IMG/VR virus record: IMGVR_UViG_3300001589_007665
Coordinates: 14,910 to 78,909 of that record
Source of the DNA: a virus
Reading direction: 5' to 3' (one strand)
DNA length: 64,000 bases
The first letter of the stretch is position 1. Each line of letters starts with the position of its first letter. The position numbers were made by a program, and so were the translations under genes. A model generated the notes under the pieces. That model worked only from the letters and a program-made list of their open reading frames with translations, did not search any database and was not told the origin of the DNA. This document shows, piece by piece, positions 1 to 11,807 of this stretch.

Positions 1-834
1 CCAGGTACTATTGGTGGTAGACCAATAGGGTCGAGAAGTGTGTCATCTACCTCGATAGAAAGACAAAAAACACATTGTCTGGGAATAATAGAAACTAGAC
101 AGCTTTTTGCTTGGGGAGACAATAGTTATGGACAGTGCGGAATTGGTCTTGGCTATGATGGATTAGACATTCCAGAACCACCATTTATTGGTAGCAATAC
201 AGACTATACTCGTCCAATTCTAAGACCTGCTCATGGACAGATACCATACATGTATGCATCTATTCCTGGTATCATTACTAATGGATCTGATCTTATTACT
301 AAAGTTCCGATTAGATTTGCTAATTATGTTAAATATGGTACTACTAATCCAGTACTCAATTTTTGTGATCAATTTACACATAATGGAGCAAACTATAAAC
401 CATTTCCATTTGGACAGGTGGGTAGTGATGGCATTAAAAAATATACAAAGATTCAAGAAATTATTATAGACCCAAATGATGACACATACATAACTCTTAG
501 ATTGAATTTCAGACCTGGTGAAGTACCGGGAACAAATACATTACCAACTGACAATTCTATATATGCCAGTGGTAAAGAAAGAACATTTACTAATGCATTA
601 TTTTATGCACTAAGACCAGAAGTTGGCAGAATGGCTGCAGGCAGACACACTTCGTTGTTTTTAAATAAGCTTAACAACTTGTACTATTGTGGTAATCCAA
701 ACAGTATTGTATGCACGGCTAGTGCTGGTTCTAAAGAACCATTTGCTACTTTACTTGGTTTGGAAGGTAATTACCATAAGGTTGCTGCTGGTTTAAGTCA
801 TTCTGTAGTAATTACCAGATCTCCAACAAGTTAG
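1..834 (+). CDS. RCC1/BLIP-II repeat protein, 5'-truncated (putative virion/tail protein)
   Basis: Frame is open from base 1; RCC1 motifs LFAWGDNSYGQCGIG, MAAGRHTSLFL, VAAGLSHSVVI. Confidence 0.75.
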   Translation, partial: PGTIGGRPIGSRSVSSTSIERQKTHCLGIIETRQLFAWGDNSYGQCGIGLGYDGLDIPEPPFIGSNTDYTRPILRPAHGQIPYMYASIPGIITNGSDLITKVPIRFANYVKYGTTNPVLNFCDQFTHNGANYKPFPFGQVGSDGIKKYTKIQEIIIDPNDDTYITLRLNFRPGEVPGTNTLPTDNSIYASGKERTFTNALFYALRPEVGRMAAGRHTSLFLNKLNNLYYCGNPNSIVCTASAGSKEPFATLLGLEGNYHKVAAGLSHSVVITRSPTS

Positions 835-844
835 TGACGCATAA

Positions 845-858
845 GGTGTAAATATAAT
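845..858 (+). promoter_or_regulatory. Candidate phage promoter motif GGTGTA + AT-rich tail
   Basis: GGTGTAAATATAAT in the gap before ORF 891; same hexamer precedes other genes (25718, 54402, 63726, 63767). Confidence 0.4.
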
Positions 859-890
859 TATGATTAGAACTTTTAAAATAGGACAATTTT

Positions 891-3287
891 ATGACACTTA
901 GGTATCAAGCACCACCATATATTCATGATGATGACTTTACGCATGGTAGCTATAATGGTGGATTCCCTCTGACTTATTTTGCTTATGGTAACGCATTAGA
1001 AAAACAAATAGGTCCTGTTTTTACTGCTGCGGTTACTAAAGACTTAAAATACACAGCGACAGTAGATCATACAAATGGTATAATTTATTTATTAGATAAT
1101 AATCTAATTCATCAAAATAGAGATATTGCTGATAATATAAATCCTAACGTCAATCCTCCTGTGCCTCCTAAAAATCCACCAAAATGGGCATCTGCTACAG
1201 AAAATGTTAAATGTTCTTCTGTAATTGGTTCTGGAGATATACTTGAAGATTTTAAAAAAACACCTAAACATTGTCATGTAAAATTTTTACAGTATTATGA
1301 AAATGGTAATCCTAAATTGTTCTGTGTTAATACTATTAAAGGATTATACTTTTTTAATATAGCATCTGATTTTTCAGACATAGGTTTAATTTCTGTATAT
1401 AATCATTTAAATTTAAATCTACAATGTACAAATGCTGAACTAACAGATGATGGAAATACACTTTTCGCTTCATTTGGTCACTACTTGGCTGCTTTAGATA
1501 TTACAAATGCTGAAACAGACAATCCTGTATTATTAGATCAATATGAAAATACTACCACACAGAATATTGTTGGTATGGGTTATGATAAAACAAATTCTAT
1601 ATTAGCAATGTCTATAACCAATATTAATGGCTATGCTGATCATATAAAATTTATTTATTATGGCGCAGCAACTAAAAAATTTACCCAAGATTTAAGATAT
1701 GAAATAAAAGACAAACCTAATCATGACTATAGGTCTTTATATATTAATTCTCCAATTACGGCTGATGATCTGCCAGTGTTATATGTTACAAATACAAACT
1801 CTATAGACATTAATGGTGAAGATAGTATGAGGAGTCAAGTTGGACTCAATGTTATATCTTTTAATAGTAACTATACCTCACATGTAAGAATGTTAGTTCG
1901 ACAATTGGGTGAATACTGGAACGATAATGTTATACCATTGGACAAAGCTAAAGAGCCCGGTTTTTTAGCGGGGCAACAAATAAAACAAAGATATATTACG
2001 GTCAATCCTGATGGTATAATGTGCGTGAATTTTTGGAAAGACTTAACTCCGCAGTACCAAAATGAATATAGAGATTATTCTAAAGAGCGACATTCTGGTT
2101 TTGTTATGTATGATATATCTACTAGGACTAATGTCCCTACTAATATAGGCACTATTTATACTCCTATTACCCCTTGGGCTATTTGCTCTAAAGACAGGCC
2201 CGTGTCTAGTTTAATTGCCGAAAGAAACAATTGGGATCAGCATTGTACTCCTGTGTTTGATACTGTTTTAATACACGATGATTCTATATTGTATAATAAG
2301 CACTATCTTTCAATGACGGCTGGTCCAAATTTAACCGTGGCGCCTCGTGTACAAATGATTAATTATAATATATCTACTTCATATCAAGATATATTTACTA
2401 CAGATGAGGCTTACGAAACAGCAATGACGGGAGATGGTCAATATATATTTGTAGCACATGGGGCTGCTGGTATTAAAGCATATAGCTATGATTCTACTAC
2501 TCAACAATATAACACAGACTCTTATTATACATTTACTTTTAATAATAATAAACCTGTATATACATTGGCTATGAGTTTTCGAAATACAGACGGCCTGAAT
2601 CAAGCTAATGAACCATATCAATTATTTGTTGGTGGCGAAAATATCTATGCAATTTTTGATATAAGCAATCCTATAGCACCTTCTTTAATATATCAAGATA
2701 ATAACGATATTGTGTTTGATACAGAGAATGGGAGTCCTGGTACTTTTAGAACACAATTGTTGCTAAGTAGTGGTTATAATGACTTAGAATATACCGTTAC
2801 TTCTATCAATCCTAACGAAACAGATCCAGAGAATACTACTATTAATTCTCAACCAGTAAATGTATTTACTGATGTTGTTGAAATTAAAAAATATGCTGTT
2901 AAAGTATATCGTCAACAATTTGATCCAAATAATCCAAACACTAAAGCATTTGCTTTAAAGCTATCTACGGGTGACGGAGGTTATGTTGTTCGTCCAGAAT
3001 TACCTATTGGGAGTAGTGCTTCTAATACCAACAGAATTTTAATATTTGATCAATCAGATATTTCTAACGAAGGGCATAGGTTGCTTTTCTCTACAACAAA
3101 AGATGGTACCCATAATACTACTCCCGGTTTTGAGTATCCTATAGGAGTAACAAAAGTTGGCACACCAGGTAATGTCGGTGCCTATACTAAAATTAAAATT
3201 AATAAATTATTAACGCCAAGATTATGGTACTATTGTGAAAATCACGCATGTATGGGATATACATGTCGTGGAGTATCACCCACATAA
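891..3287 (+). CDS. Putative virion protein: beta-propeller/LVIVD-like repeats plus C-terminal cupredoxin-like domain
   Basis: GQYIFVAHGAAGIKAY and IFDISNPIAPSLI are LVIVD-like; C-terminal FDQSDISNEGHRLLFSTTKDGTH...LWYYCENHACMG. Confidence 0.6.
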   Translation: MTLRYQAPPYIHDDDFTHGSYNGGFPLTYFAYGNALEKQIGPVFTAAVTKDLKYTATVDHTNGIIYLLDNNLIHQNRDIADNINPNVNPPVPPKNPPKWASATENVKCSSVIGSGDILEDFKKTPKHCHVKFLQYYENGNPKLFCVNTIKGLYFFNIASDFSDIGLISVYNHLNLNLQCTNAELTDDGNTLFASFGHYLAALDITNAETDNPVLLDQYENTTTQNIVGMGYDKTNSILAMSITNINGYADHIKFIYYGAATKKFTQDLRYEIKDKPNHDYRSLYINSPITADDLPVLYVTNTNSIDINGEDSMRSQVGLNVISFNSNYTSHVRMLVRQLGEYWNDNVIPLDKAKEPGFLAGQQIKQRYITVNPDGIMCVNFWKDLTPQYQNEYRDYSKERHSGFVMYDISTRTNVPTNIGTIYTPITPWAICSKDRPVSSLIAERNNWDQHCTPVFDTVLIHDDSILYNKHYLSMTAGPNLTVAPRVQMINYNISTSYQDIFTTDEAYETAMTGDGQYIFVAHGAAGIKAYSYDSTTQQYNTDSYYTFTFNNNKPVYTLAMSFRNTDGLNQANEPYQLFVGGENIYAIFDISNPIAPSLIYQDNNDIVFDTENGSPGTFRTQLLLSSGYNDLEYTVTSINPNETDPENTTINSQPVNVFTDVVEIKKYAVKVYRQQFDPNNPNTKAFALKLSTGDGGYVVRPELPIGSSASNTNRILIFDQSDISNEGHRLLFSTTKDGTHNTTPGFEYPIGVTKVGTPGNVGAYTKIKINKLLTPRLWYYCENHACMGYTCRGVSPT

Positions 3288-3299
3288 CAAGGAAAACCA

Positions 3300-5894
3300 A
3301 TGTCTCAATCATTTAAAATTATTTTTAGCGGCATAACACAAGCTGGAGATTCTAGTACAGTACCAGAATTTTCTGCCAGTTCTATTTTGAATTACGATAT
3401 CGCACCAAATAATAATAATGATATGGTTGTGATAGGTTCTACAAATTTAAATAGTTATTTTATAGACAAAAGACCAAACATAGGTAATACAAACCATAGT
3501 TATAATTATCCTAATACGCAGGTATATACAGATGTTAATTTTGCTTGTTCTACTGATTGGGATTTTAGTGGAGTAATTAGAGAGGGTCTTGTTAGAGCAG
3601 GACCATTAACAAAAATTACAGGACTTTCATCAGGAGCTGTTAGATCTGGAAGTACTATTTATCTATATAAAAATGGTGATGACGTTTATTTTCAAGGAGG
3701 TCAGGGAGCAGCTTTTGGGGCGAATAATGTTGAATTTTCGGATAATGAAATAATATTTGTACAATTTTATCATTTCTTCAGAACGGGAAATAATTTTGAA
3801 CAAGAAAAATATTTAGAATCAATTATTACAGGATATTATAAAGTTTCTTCAATAGAAGAGAGTTCGCCAGCAGGCAACTCTTTGATACATATTACTTGTC
3901 CAGATGATAATGTTGTTAATTTTACTAATCCTGTAGATATTGTAGGCGGTTATGATATCGGATCATTAACTGATAGTGTTGATTATCCTATAAATTTTGG
4001 TGGTAGTAATATACACTATTCTCATGAAAGTAGTGCTGGCAGGAAAGAGAGTAATTCTCCTAAGGTTGCTGCTATACCCCGATATAGAAGTGGTTTGTCG
4101 GTATGCAAATTAGACAGTCCACAAACCGATTTTGATATAGAAAATCCATCTAGCATTTCTACTATTTTAGAAAACTATATTTTAGGAGGCAACTATACTT
4201 CTAATAGCAGCAGAGTTATTGATATTGTATCATATGATCGTGCTGGTGTTTTGTTTGTAGCAGTCAGGGTTTCTGGCGGTGTGCAAATTCATATTGTTGA
4301 TAGCACCACTCTCGCTTTTCAAACTATCAGGAGGTTTCCGTTACTAAAAGATTCTGTCTTCCTTAAAGCAGATAAGAGCTTTAAATTAGAAATACCCAAC
4401 GCTATTACAGGAACAAGAACTGAAAATACTTATCCTTCACTACCAATACAGCCAGACAAATTAGTTGCTTCTTATGCTAGTGTCGATGGGACTAACGGTA
4501 TTAGAATTTACGATCTATCCAGTTTAGAAGATTTTGTTCCTATCATACCATCTGCTACTCCTACCCCAACGCCAACACTTACTCCTACAATTACCGTTAC
4601 TCCTACAGTAACACCAAGTATGCCAGTAACACCATCTAATACTCCCACACTTACTGCTACTTCTACACCTACTCCAACACCTACTCCCAGCGATAAGGCC
4701 CAGTATAGATATACCAGAAAAAGCATAGTATTAGAAAATTTAGACTGTGGAGAGTATGAGTTAACCATAGATTATATGTCTGCTCAATCCGGACCAGTTG
4801 ATGTACAGATATTAGATAGTGACGATATAGAAAAAGGACAGTTTGATAATATAATTAAATTTACTCCACAAAATATACAAAATTATCGAAGAGCAAGTGT
4901 ATCGGGCATTTCAGAAAAAATAGCTAGCGATGAAAAATATAATCAAAGAATATTTTATACTGTATATCATAGTATTAATATTGATCAAGCTATTTTAAAA
5001 TTTACTCTTAAACATTTGCAATCAGGCAAAGAAAGAGTTGAAACAAGAATAATAGAATGTGAAGGAGTAAGTAATTGCTTAGAAGATCGCGTTGAATGCG
5101 TAAAACAAGATATACAAAAATTTATACAGTTGCCTGACGGTTCTTTTGAGATGTACGTAAAACTTAATCCTCCTCCAACAGTTAGAGAAGACGAAAAAGA
5201 TGTAGCAAAAGCACTTAAAGAAATTATTAATAAAAGCAAGTGTTGCGACATAGCTTTGCAAGTAGAAGACATTCTAGATTGGTATGAAATAGACCGTACG
5301 AATATTACACTGTGTGATCCATATACCGGTGTTCCCACACCTACTCCTAGCGTAACACCAACAATTACGCCTACGCCATCTGTTACGTTAACATCCACAC
5401 CAACTGCAACATCAACTCCAACACCTACCCCTACTACAACTGATTCGGTTATTCCTTGTGGAGAACTAATACAAGAAGGTGGTCAAGGATTTTTTACATA
5501 TGATGTTCCATTATTACAAGAAGGAGGAATCATAATATTTGATGTTGATCCCGATGAGGTGCCAGATAAAATAGAATTAATTCATAATGGTGTTACCAAA
5601 GCTACTAGCAGCATGACTAATGATGGTAATTATGGACCATTTGATAGTACTGATGATCCGTTTGCTACACAATTTATTGGTACTTCAAAAGGAGAAATAC
5701 CAGATAGGATAGCACAGTTTAAATCTTCTACAGGAATAAGTTCTTATACGATATCTTCTGGATATAAACAGACGTTATGGTGGACATATACTTCATCAGA
5801 TTGGTCTACTGCGGTGTATGCAACTATTAGAGTTGGAGCTCCGTCTAGTGGAACTAAATGGAAACTTAATAGAAGATGTGAAGGAGAATCTTAA
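3300..5894 (+). CDS. Putative virion protein with two Pro/Thr-rich linkers and a C-terminal beta-sandwich-like domain
   Basis: 864 aa ORF, AAGGA RBS, (PT)n tracts; C-terminal domain resembles the middle of ORF 25767. Confidence 0.5.
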   Translation: MSQSFKIIFSGITQAGDSSTVPEFSASSILNYDIAPNNNNDMVVIGSTNLNSYFIDKRPNIGNTNHSYNYPNTQVYTDVNFACSTDWDFSGVIREGLVRAGPLTKITGLSSGAVRSGSTIYLYKNGDDVYFQGGQGAAFGANNVEFSDNEIIFVQFYHFFRTGNNFEQEKYLESIITGYYKVSSIEESSPAGNSLIHITCPDDNVVNFTNPVDIVGGYDIGSLTDSVDYPINFGGSNIHYSHESSAGRKESNSPKVAAIPRYRSGLSVCKLDSPQTDFDIENPSSISTILENYILGGNYTSNSSRVIDIVSYDRAGVLFVAVRVSGGVQIHIVDSTTLAFQTIRRFPLLKDSVFLKADKSFKLEIPNAITGTRTENTYPSLPIQPDKLVASYASVDGTNGIRIYDLSSLEDFVPIIPSATPTPTPTLTPTITVTPTVTPSMPVTPSNTPTLTATSTPTPTPTPSDKAQYRYTRKSIVLENLDCGEYELTIDYMSAQSGPVDVQILDSDDIEKGQFDNIIKFTPQNIQNYRRASVSGISEKIASDEKYNQRIFYTVYHSINIDQAILKFTLKHLQSGKERVETRIIECEGVSNCLEDRVECVKQDIQKFIQLPDGSFEMYVKLNPPPTVREDEKDVAKALKEIINKSKCCDIALQVEDILDWYEIDRTNITLCDPYTGVPTPTPSVTPTITPTPSVTLTSTPTATSTPTPTPTTTDSVIPCGELIQEGGQGFFTYDVPLLQEGGIIIFDVDPDEVPDKIELIHNGVTKATSSMTNDGNYGPFDSTDDPFATQFIGTSKGEIPDRIAQFKSSTGISSYTISSGYKQTLWWTYTSSDWSTAVYATIRVGAPSSGTKWKLNRRCEGES
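4551..4690 (+). repeat. Coding Pro/Thr (TPTP) low-complexity repeat
   Basis: [23 protein letters not shown]... in translation. Confidence 0.85.
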
Positions 5895-5898
5895 AGAT

Positions 5899-8800
5899 AT
5901 GACCGATTATAAAAAACAAAGCTATCATGGGACTCCACCTCCGCCACCTCCACCACCTCCGCCATCGTCTCCACCACCACCTCTTCCACCTCCGCCACCA
6001 CCTCCGCCTCCGCCATCATCTCCGCCACCACCCCCACCTCTTCCTCCACCTCCTGGGGTTAGTCCTAGTCCTACTCCTACTAATGCCAACACGATTGCTG
6101 GTGCTATAGATGTTGTTATTTGTATAGATACTAGTTTTAAGTATCCATTACAGAATTGGACACAATTTAAAGATGAGTTATATAAATTTATTTATGACAC
6201 TAATAGCAGAGCAGATTTTGCTAACGATAAAGTAAGAATTGGTATCACTACCAACTTTAATGAATATCCTCTGACCTCAAACTATAATGCTTTATTACAA
6301 AATCTAAATAATATTTCTTTTGATTCGCCGCCACCGCCTTTCCCTCCTCCTCCTCCCGGCGTTGAATTTCCTAAGTTTTATACATTTCGCTTAAAACATC
6401 AACTGCAAAAAGCAAAAACACAACTAAACAATTCAAAGATTTGTAATAAATTAATCGTTGTTGCTACTCCTGCTTTCAGTACAGACATTGTACAAGAATC
6501 ACTAGCTATCGACGAAGCAAAAGCAATTAATAAGTTAACAGTAAATGATGGAACATCTTACTATCCTTATAGTATTAAGATGATTAGCGCATATAGTCCT
6601 TTAAGTAAATATCCAAAAACGCCATCAAATAATACTAAATTACAAATTATATATGACCAATCTACAGCAAAAAATGGAGGAGCTTCGTGGTTACAATATG
6701 AAAATTTATGGAACTACGGCTATGGAACTAATAGTACTACCGGTATTAATACGGTGGTTCCGACTTTAAGATACTTTATCACAAATATGGTATCAATATC
6801 TCCTACTCCTACTCCAACACCTACTCCTACAGCAACACCAATACCTTTGCCTGGGGGTATACCTAATAACATAGCAGGATGTAACGGCGAAGCATTTTTT
6901 GTAGATTGTCTTCCTACAGAAATAGCTGTTGGTAATTCTATAGATGACTATGCTAATATTTGGACACCTACTAATATTACGCTTAAAAAAGGCGACACAA
7001 TCAGAATATCCTCTAGAGGATGTATGTGTTCAGAAAGCGTTGCTTTACAAAATATTAATAATCAAGATTTACAATTAGACGACGAAACACTAGTTCTTAC
7101 AGAAGATGCTGATAGCTTATGTTCAGATTTTACAGGAGTACCAGGATCTAATGTTAATAGATTGTATGGTACGATTTTACCGGATGGAGTTAAGCCTAGT
7201 ATTATTAATCAATTTGATATTGATCTTGGACCAAATATGGCAGGAGGAACAGCGGTAAGTAAAATAACTAAACCTGGAACTGGTAAATTGTGGTTGCTGC
7301 CTTATGCTCCAAGCTATAGTAACACAAATGCTTATAAATTTTGTGCTTCTATTTATGTAGACGCATTTTTTGCTACTCCAACAGCTACTCCAACAATCAC
7401 CCCTACACCTACTGTCACTCCTAGTATTACTCCAACAATATCATTAACTCCATCTATTACTCCTTCTAATAGCCCAACTGTTACGGTTACTCCTACTGTT
7501 ACACCTACACTCACAATTAGCAGTACTCCTACTTTGACCCCCACTCCTACTTTAGCGGGATGTAATCTTGAAATATCATCTTTAGCATTAAATGATAGTA
7601 GTATGTCTATTATAGATGAGGGCCAAAACCATATATATGTTGCTGATGGTTATGACGGAATCAAAATAGTTAAGAATCATGGCAGTACTTTAGAATTATT
7701 AAAATACGTTAATAAAGGACAAAATATAGATAAAATAGCAGTTGACTTTAGTTTAAGAAAACTTTGTGCTGGCTACAATAAACAGATAGATATAATATCA
7801 ATTGCAACTCCTGCTACGGCCTCCGTTTCTGCTACAATAGATCTGTCTTCTGTACTTACTGGTGGCACAGATAAAATAACAGATATTAAAGTTTTAGAGT
7901 CTCATAATACTGCTTATGTTATCTCTAAGCTAGGTGTATTTGTTGCGATTAATCTTGCTACTAATTCTATCATTAATAGTTCTACTTTAGTTAGTAGTGT
8001 TAATTACGATTTCAATTCACTAGACATAGCAACTTATCCTAATTATGATTATGTTTATGTAGCATTAAGAGGCTCTACAGGTGGAGGAATTTACAGAGTA
8101 GAAGCCGACACTCTTACAGTAAGTAATGTTACTTCAGTAGCTATATTAGCACCCAGTTCAACATATAGTTATGTGTATCCAAAATCTATAGCCGTTATTG
8201 GTAATTATGCTTATTTAGCGATTACTACGGGTAATGTAATAATATTCAAATTAGATCCTTTTACACTAATGTCTAGTCTTGAAATTAAGACAGCTGGGAC
8301 TGCTGTAAATATTACTAAGTCTTGGGAAGATCAATATCTATTTATTGCAGACTCTCAACAAGGATATACTATAGCTAATGTAGCAGATGTTGATAACATA
8401 CATCTCAACTCTGTAGATAACCACAATACGGTTTCTAATGTCGATATGTCTTCTGATGCTACTAAATTAGTTTTGTCACAAGGATATAAAGGCATCACTG
8501 TTGTAAAAAGTTGTGTTGGTAATTTTAGACCTACTCCAACTTCAACCCCAACCCCTACAATTACGCCTACAAATACAGTTACTCCTACCGTCACTATTAC
8601 TGCAACACCTACTGTTACACCTACTATTACTGCTACTCCTACGGTTACTCCATCTTTAACTCCTACAATTTCTTTAACACCATCTAATACTCCTACTAAC
8701 ACAGTTACTCCTACTATTCCAACAACATTGACACCAACCCCAACAAATACTCCTACTTCATCACCAACACCAACCCTAACAGTAACTTCGAGTGTTACTC

Positions 8801-9792
8801 CTACTGTTACTGCTACTAAGACACCAACACCAACATTAACGCCTACACATACAACCACTCCTACTATTACTCAAACGGTTACGCCAAGTCATACCTCTAC
8901 GCCTACAACAACACCTACTAGCACCCCGACACCAACTATTACTTTGGTTGATAGAACCAATAGGGCTAATTATAATAGCACAGCTTCTTGGGGGAGCGGC
9001 TCTCGTATTACTACTGTAGGAACCAATGGTGGAACTAGTTATTATGGCTGCTATGATTTTTCTGGACTTTTATTTGAATGGCTAGATGATGAGCCTTCTT
9101 CATTATATAAATGGGTAAGGGGCGGAGCATATACATCTGCTTTATTTTATATAAGCAAAGCGTTTAGAAGTATACAATCTCCAGTAGCGCATTCACAATA
9201 TACTGGATTTAGAGTATCTGCAAAAACTACATCCTCAGACTTAATAGATTTTGTTACTGTATCAAATATAGACAATGCTAATGATAGCACAGGATTTGGT
9301 GCTGTATCTTACGAATACAAAATAGGTAAATATCAAATTACCAATGCTCAATATGTAGACTTTCTTAATGCTGTAGCTACGACAGATCTTTATGGTCTAT
9401 ATCGTGTATATATGGGAACAGAACCTGATGGAGGAATAACTAGACATGGATCATCAGGTACTTATGTTTATACCTATAGGAATTATATGCAAAATAAGCC
9501 AGTAAATCATGTCAATTGGTTTGATTGTGCAAGATATTGCAATTGGTTACATAACGGCAAACCCACAGGTTCACAGATAAGTTCTACTACAGAAGCCGGG
9601 GCATATACCTTAAACGGTGCTATTGCTGGTATTATAGATAAAAATACGGACGCCAAATATTATATTCCAACAGAAGATGAATTTGTCAAAGCGGCATACT
9701 ATAATAATTCGATATATTATGATTATGGTACCCAATCAAATACTGCGCCTTCTGCTGTTACAGCTAGTCCAGATGGCGACGGATTATTTTAG
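5899..9792 (+). CDS. Multidomain adhesin-like virion protein: polyproline, VWA-like, PT linkers, LVIVD-like propeller, circularly permuted FGE/C-type-lectin domain
   Basis: Start moved to ATG 5899 (AAGGAG upstream, removes overlap); [10 protein letters not shown]...VRIGI (VWA-like); [13 protein letters not shown] and [13 protein letters not shown]; FGE motifs [48 protein letters not shown]. Confidence 0.7.
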   Translation: MTDYKKQSYHGTPPPPPPPPPPSSPPPPLPPPPPPPPPPSSPPPPPPLPPPPGVSPSPTPTNANTIAGAIDVVICIDTSFKYPLQNWTQFKDELYKFIYDTNSRADFANDKVRIGITTNFNEYPLTSNYNALLQNLNNISFDSPPPPFPPPPPGVEFPKFYTFRLKHQLQKAKTQLNNSKICNKLIVVATPAFSTDIVQESLAIDEAKAINKLTVNDGTSYYPYSIKMISAYSPLSKYPKTPSNNTKLQIIYDQSTAKNGGASWLQYENLWNYGYGTNSTTGINTVVPTLRYFITNMVSISPTPTPTPTPTATPIPLPGGIPNNIAGCNGEAFFVDCLPTEIAVGNSIDDYANIWTPTNITLKKGDTIRISSRGCMCSESVALQNINNQDLQLDDETLVLTEDADSLCSDFTGVPGSNVNRLYGTILPDGVKPSIINQFDIDLGPNMAGGTAVSKITKPGTGKLWLLPYAPSYSNTNAYKFCASIYVDAFFATPTATPTITPTPTVTPSITPTISLTPSITPSNSPTVTVTPTVTPTLTISSTPTLTPTPTLAGCNLEISSLALNDSSMSIIDEGQNHIYVADGYDGIKIVKNHGSTLELLKYVNKGQNIDKIAVDFSLRKLCAGYNKQIDIISIATPATASVSATIDLSSVLTGGTDKITDIKVLESHNTAYVISKLGVFVAINLATNSIINSSTLVSSVNYDFNSLDIATYPNYDYVYVALRGSTGGGIYRVEADTLTVSNVTSVAILAPSSTYSYVYPKSIAVIGNYAYLAITTGNVIIFKLDPFTLMSSLEIKTAGTAVNITKSWEDQYLFIADSQQGYTIANVADVDNIHLNSVDNHNTVSNVDMSSDATKLVLSQGYKGITVVKSCVGNFRPTPTSTPTPTITPTNTVTPTVTITATPTVTPTITATPTVTPSLTPTISLTPSNTPTNTVTPTIPTTLTPTPTNTPTSSPTPTLTVTSSVTPTVTATKTPTPTLTPTHTTTPTITQTVTPSHTSTPTTTPTSTPTPTITLVDRTNRANYNSTASWGSGSRITTVGTNGGTSYYGCYDFSGLLFEWLDDEPSSLYKWVRGGAYTSALFYISKAFRSIQSPVAHSQYTGFRVSAKTTSSDLIDFVTVSNIDNANDSTGFGAVSYEYKIGKYQITNAQYVDFLNAVATTDLYGLYRVYMGTEPDGGITRHGSSGTYVYTYRNYMQNKPVNHVNWFDCARYCNWLHNGKPTGSQISSTTEAGAYTLNGAIAGIIDKNTDAKYYIPTEDEFVKAAYYNNSIYYDYGTQSNTAPSAVTASPDGDGLF
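5935..6075 (+). repeat. Coding polyproline tract
   Basis: About 40 Pro codons interrupted by Ser/Leu. Confidence 0.9.
8530..8943 (+). repeat. Long coding Pro/Thr repeat (about 135 aa)
   Basis: [21 protein letters not shown]... in translation. Confidence 0.9.
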
Positions 9793-9817
9793 AACATATA
9801 TAGGATAATAAAACAAT

Positions 9818-11797
9818 ATGGTATATAATAAATTTGAATTACCTGATTCAACAGTTGAGATACAGTCTGATGCTCCTAGAGATCCTACTGTTATAATAGA
9901 ATTTAATGGTAGTGGCATACACAAGATTGCTGGGCCAACTCCGCAATTTGCATTTAGTACTAGCTACAATAGATCTTCTGTAGGACAATTAGATAGTGTT
10001 GATAGAAAAATCACACTAGAAGGTCAAATAGTAAGATCTGCAAATCCATCATTTTCATTTCCTGTAGTACCAGATCAATCTGGAGTAAAGGGATTAACAG
10101 GCGCACACGAAGCATTAAAAGCTTTATTTTCTGAATGTAGTGCTGGTACTCTTGCCATGTATTGCGACGGAAACCTGTTTTTTGAAAAACATAATGTTAG
10201 AGTAGACAGTATAGAATTTAATAGTAGCGACAATAATTTTATACAAGTTGCTGAATATTCTGTTGGGTTAAGTTTCTTTGAAGCAGGATCTCATGGATAT
10301 GCTGTTAAGAGCACATCAGATGACTGGAGTATAGAACCTTTAGATGAAATTGTTCATCAAGATTTTACTATAACAGAAGCAGATGCTGGTGGAGAATTGC
10401 ATAATCCTTCAAGAGATTCAATTGGGGGAGGCAGACAGACTCCAACTGATAATACCGTCATTAATTTTTCCTCTATTCCTAGATATAAAATTTCTAGAAA
10501 ATTATCTGCCGCTGGATTACCTAATACTGGAGTTGGTAGTGGCTGTACAGATGTTGGTGTTAATACATCATACCTAGAAGCTAAAGGTTGGGTAGAATCA
10601 AAACTAGGAACCGCCTATAATGGATCGAGTAATGATAGTTCTGTTTTAAGTAGTGGATTACCATTTTTCACTGACTCTCCTGACTATGGTAGTATGAAAG
10701 GAACAACGTTCTTATATAATCATGTAAGAACTACTAATTTTAGTATTTCTGAAGGTGTGTATTCTGTTAATGAAACATGGTTAGCAATGCCAACAGGAGT
10801 TAGATTTTTAGAAAACTATGATATTGATGTTTCTACAGATGCAAGTTTTATAAAAACAGTTAGTGTCAAAGGAGAGATACAAGGTCTTTATTTAAAAGAA
10901 ATGACTGCTTTAACTGGAGAAAATTTAACTCCTAACAGTAGTGGTCTTATTGAAATTGACAATGACAACACGAAACAAGCTACCTTGCCAAACGGATCAT
11001 TGCCTGCTGCTTCTCCTTTTGGTAACGAAACTAGTAAAAAGAATCTAGTATCCAAAAATAAATTTGAGAATGCCCTTAGTGGCTATGTGGATCACGTTAA
11101 ACCATTTTTATATCAAAGAGCTAATATAGGATTAAATAATAGATATTATAAGAAATATTGGTTAGACGAAACCACTAGTCAAAATAATACTGTTTCTTCT
11201 GGTGATGATGTTATTCCTAACGCTCCACAAATTAGAAATCCAATTTATGTTAAAGAACAACAGTTAAATGTTATTCCTATCAGTACAAGCGAGGCCCATA
11301 ATATACAAAAAGGCAGTATTAGCTATAATTATCAGTTTGATAACAAAAGAAATATTTGTACTGGTGTATTAAGTTCTAATGTTACTGTAGATACAAATTT
11401 TCCTACAGATGTATTTGCTGAAGCTTTTGTTTTAGGAAGAGCACTTGGTCCAGTTTTACAAAATTTAGGAACAATAACTTCTGCTAAAAAAAGTATAAGT
11501 ATAGAGGTTAAAGTTATACCCCCTAGAGATATAGATGGATATAGTATGAATAATGTAACCTGTCCTCTATATGTGGGCGGGAACATATATCAAACTATTA
11601 CTGGCATCGCTAATTCTCTTAAACCTTATGGAGATCAAACAACAGCTTTGGGATATAAGAACGATAGTGTAAATAATAAAGGACACGTTTACACATCAAC
11701 AGATTCAGAAAATTGGAATCCCATAGATGGGTCTTATAGTCTACAACTTTCGTTTACTTATCAACCATGTAATCTCAGTCAATCTTTTAGGACTTAG
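9818..11797 (+). CDS. Hypothetical protein, probably tail/baseplate-associated
   Basis: 659 aa, beta-strand-like composition, within the structural operon; no recognised motif. Confidence 0.4.
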   Translation: MVYNKFELPDSTVEIQSDAPRDPTVIIEFNGSGIHKIAGPTPQFAFSTSYNRSSVGQLDSVDRKITLEGQIVRSANPSFSFPVVPDQSGVKGLTGAHEALKALFSECSAGTLAMYCDGNLFFEKHNVRVDSIEFNSSDNNFIQVAEYSVGLSFFEAGSHGYAVKSTSDDWSIEPLDEIVHQDFTITEADAGGELHNPSRDSIGGGRQTPTDNTVINFSSIPRYKISRKLSAAGLPNTGVGSGCTDVGVNTSYLEAKGWVESKLGTAYNGSSNDSSVLSSGLPFFTDSPDYGSMKGTTFLYNHVRTTNFSISEGVYSVNETWLAMPTGVRFLENYDIDVSTDASFIKTVSVKGEIQGLYLKEMTALTGENLTPNSSGLIEIDNDNTKQATLPNGSLPAASPFGNETSKKNLVSKNKFENALSGYVDHVKPFLYQRANIGLNNRYYKKYWLDETTSQNNTVSSGDDVIPNAPQIRNPIYVKEQQLNVIPISTSEAHNIQKGSISYNYQFDNKRNICTGVLSSNVTVDTNFPTDVFAEAFVLGRALGPVLQNLGTITSAKKSISIEVKVIPPRDIDGYSMNNVTCPLYVGGNIYQTITGIANSLKPYGDQTTALGYKNDSVNNKGHVYTSTDSENWNPIDGSYSLQLSFTYQPCNLSQSFRT

Positions 11798-11807
11798 GAA
11801 TGTATAA

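Noticed and set aside
6325-6360. FPPPP as an EVH1/actin-recruiting motif
   Set aside because: Expected by chance in polyproline tracts, and no eukaryotic context
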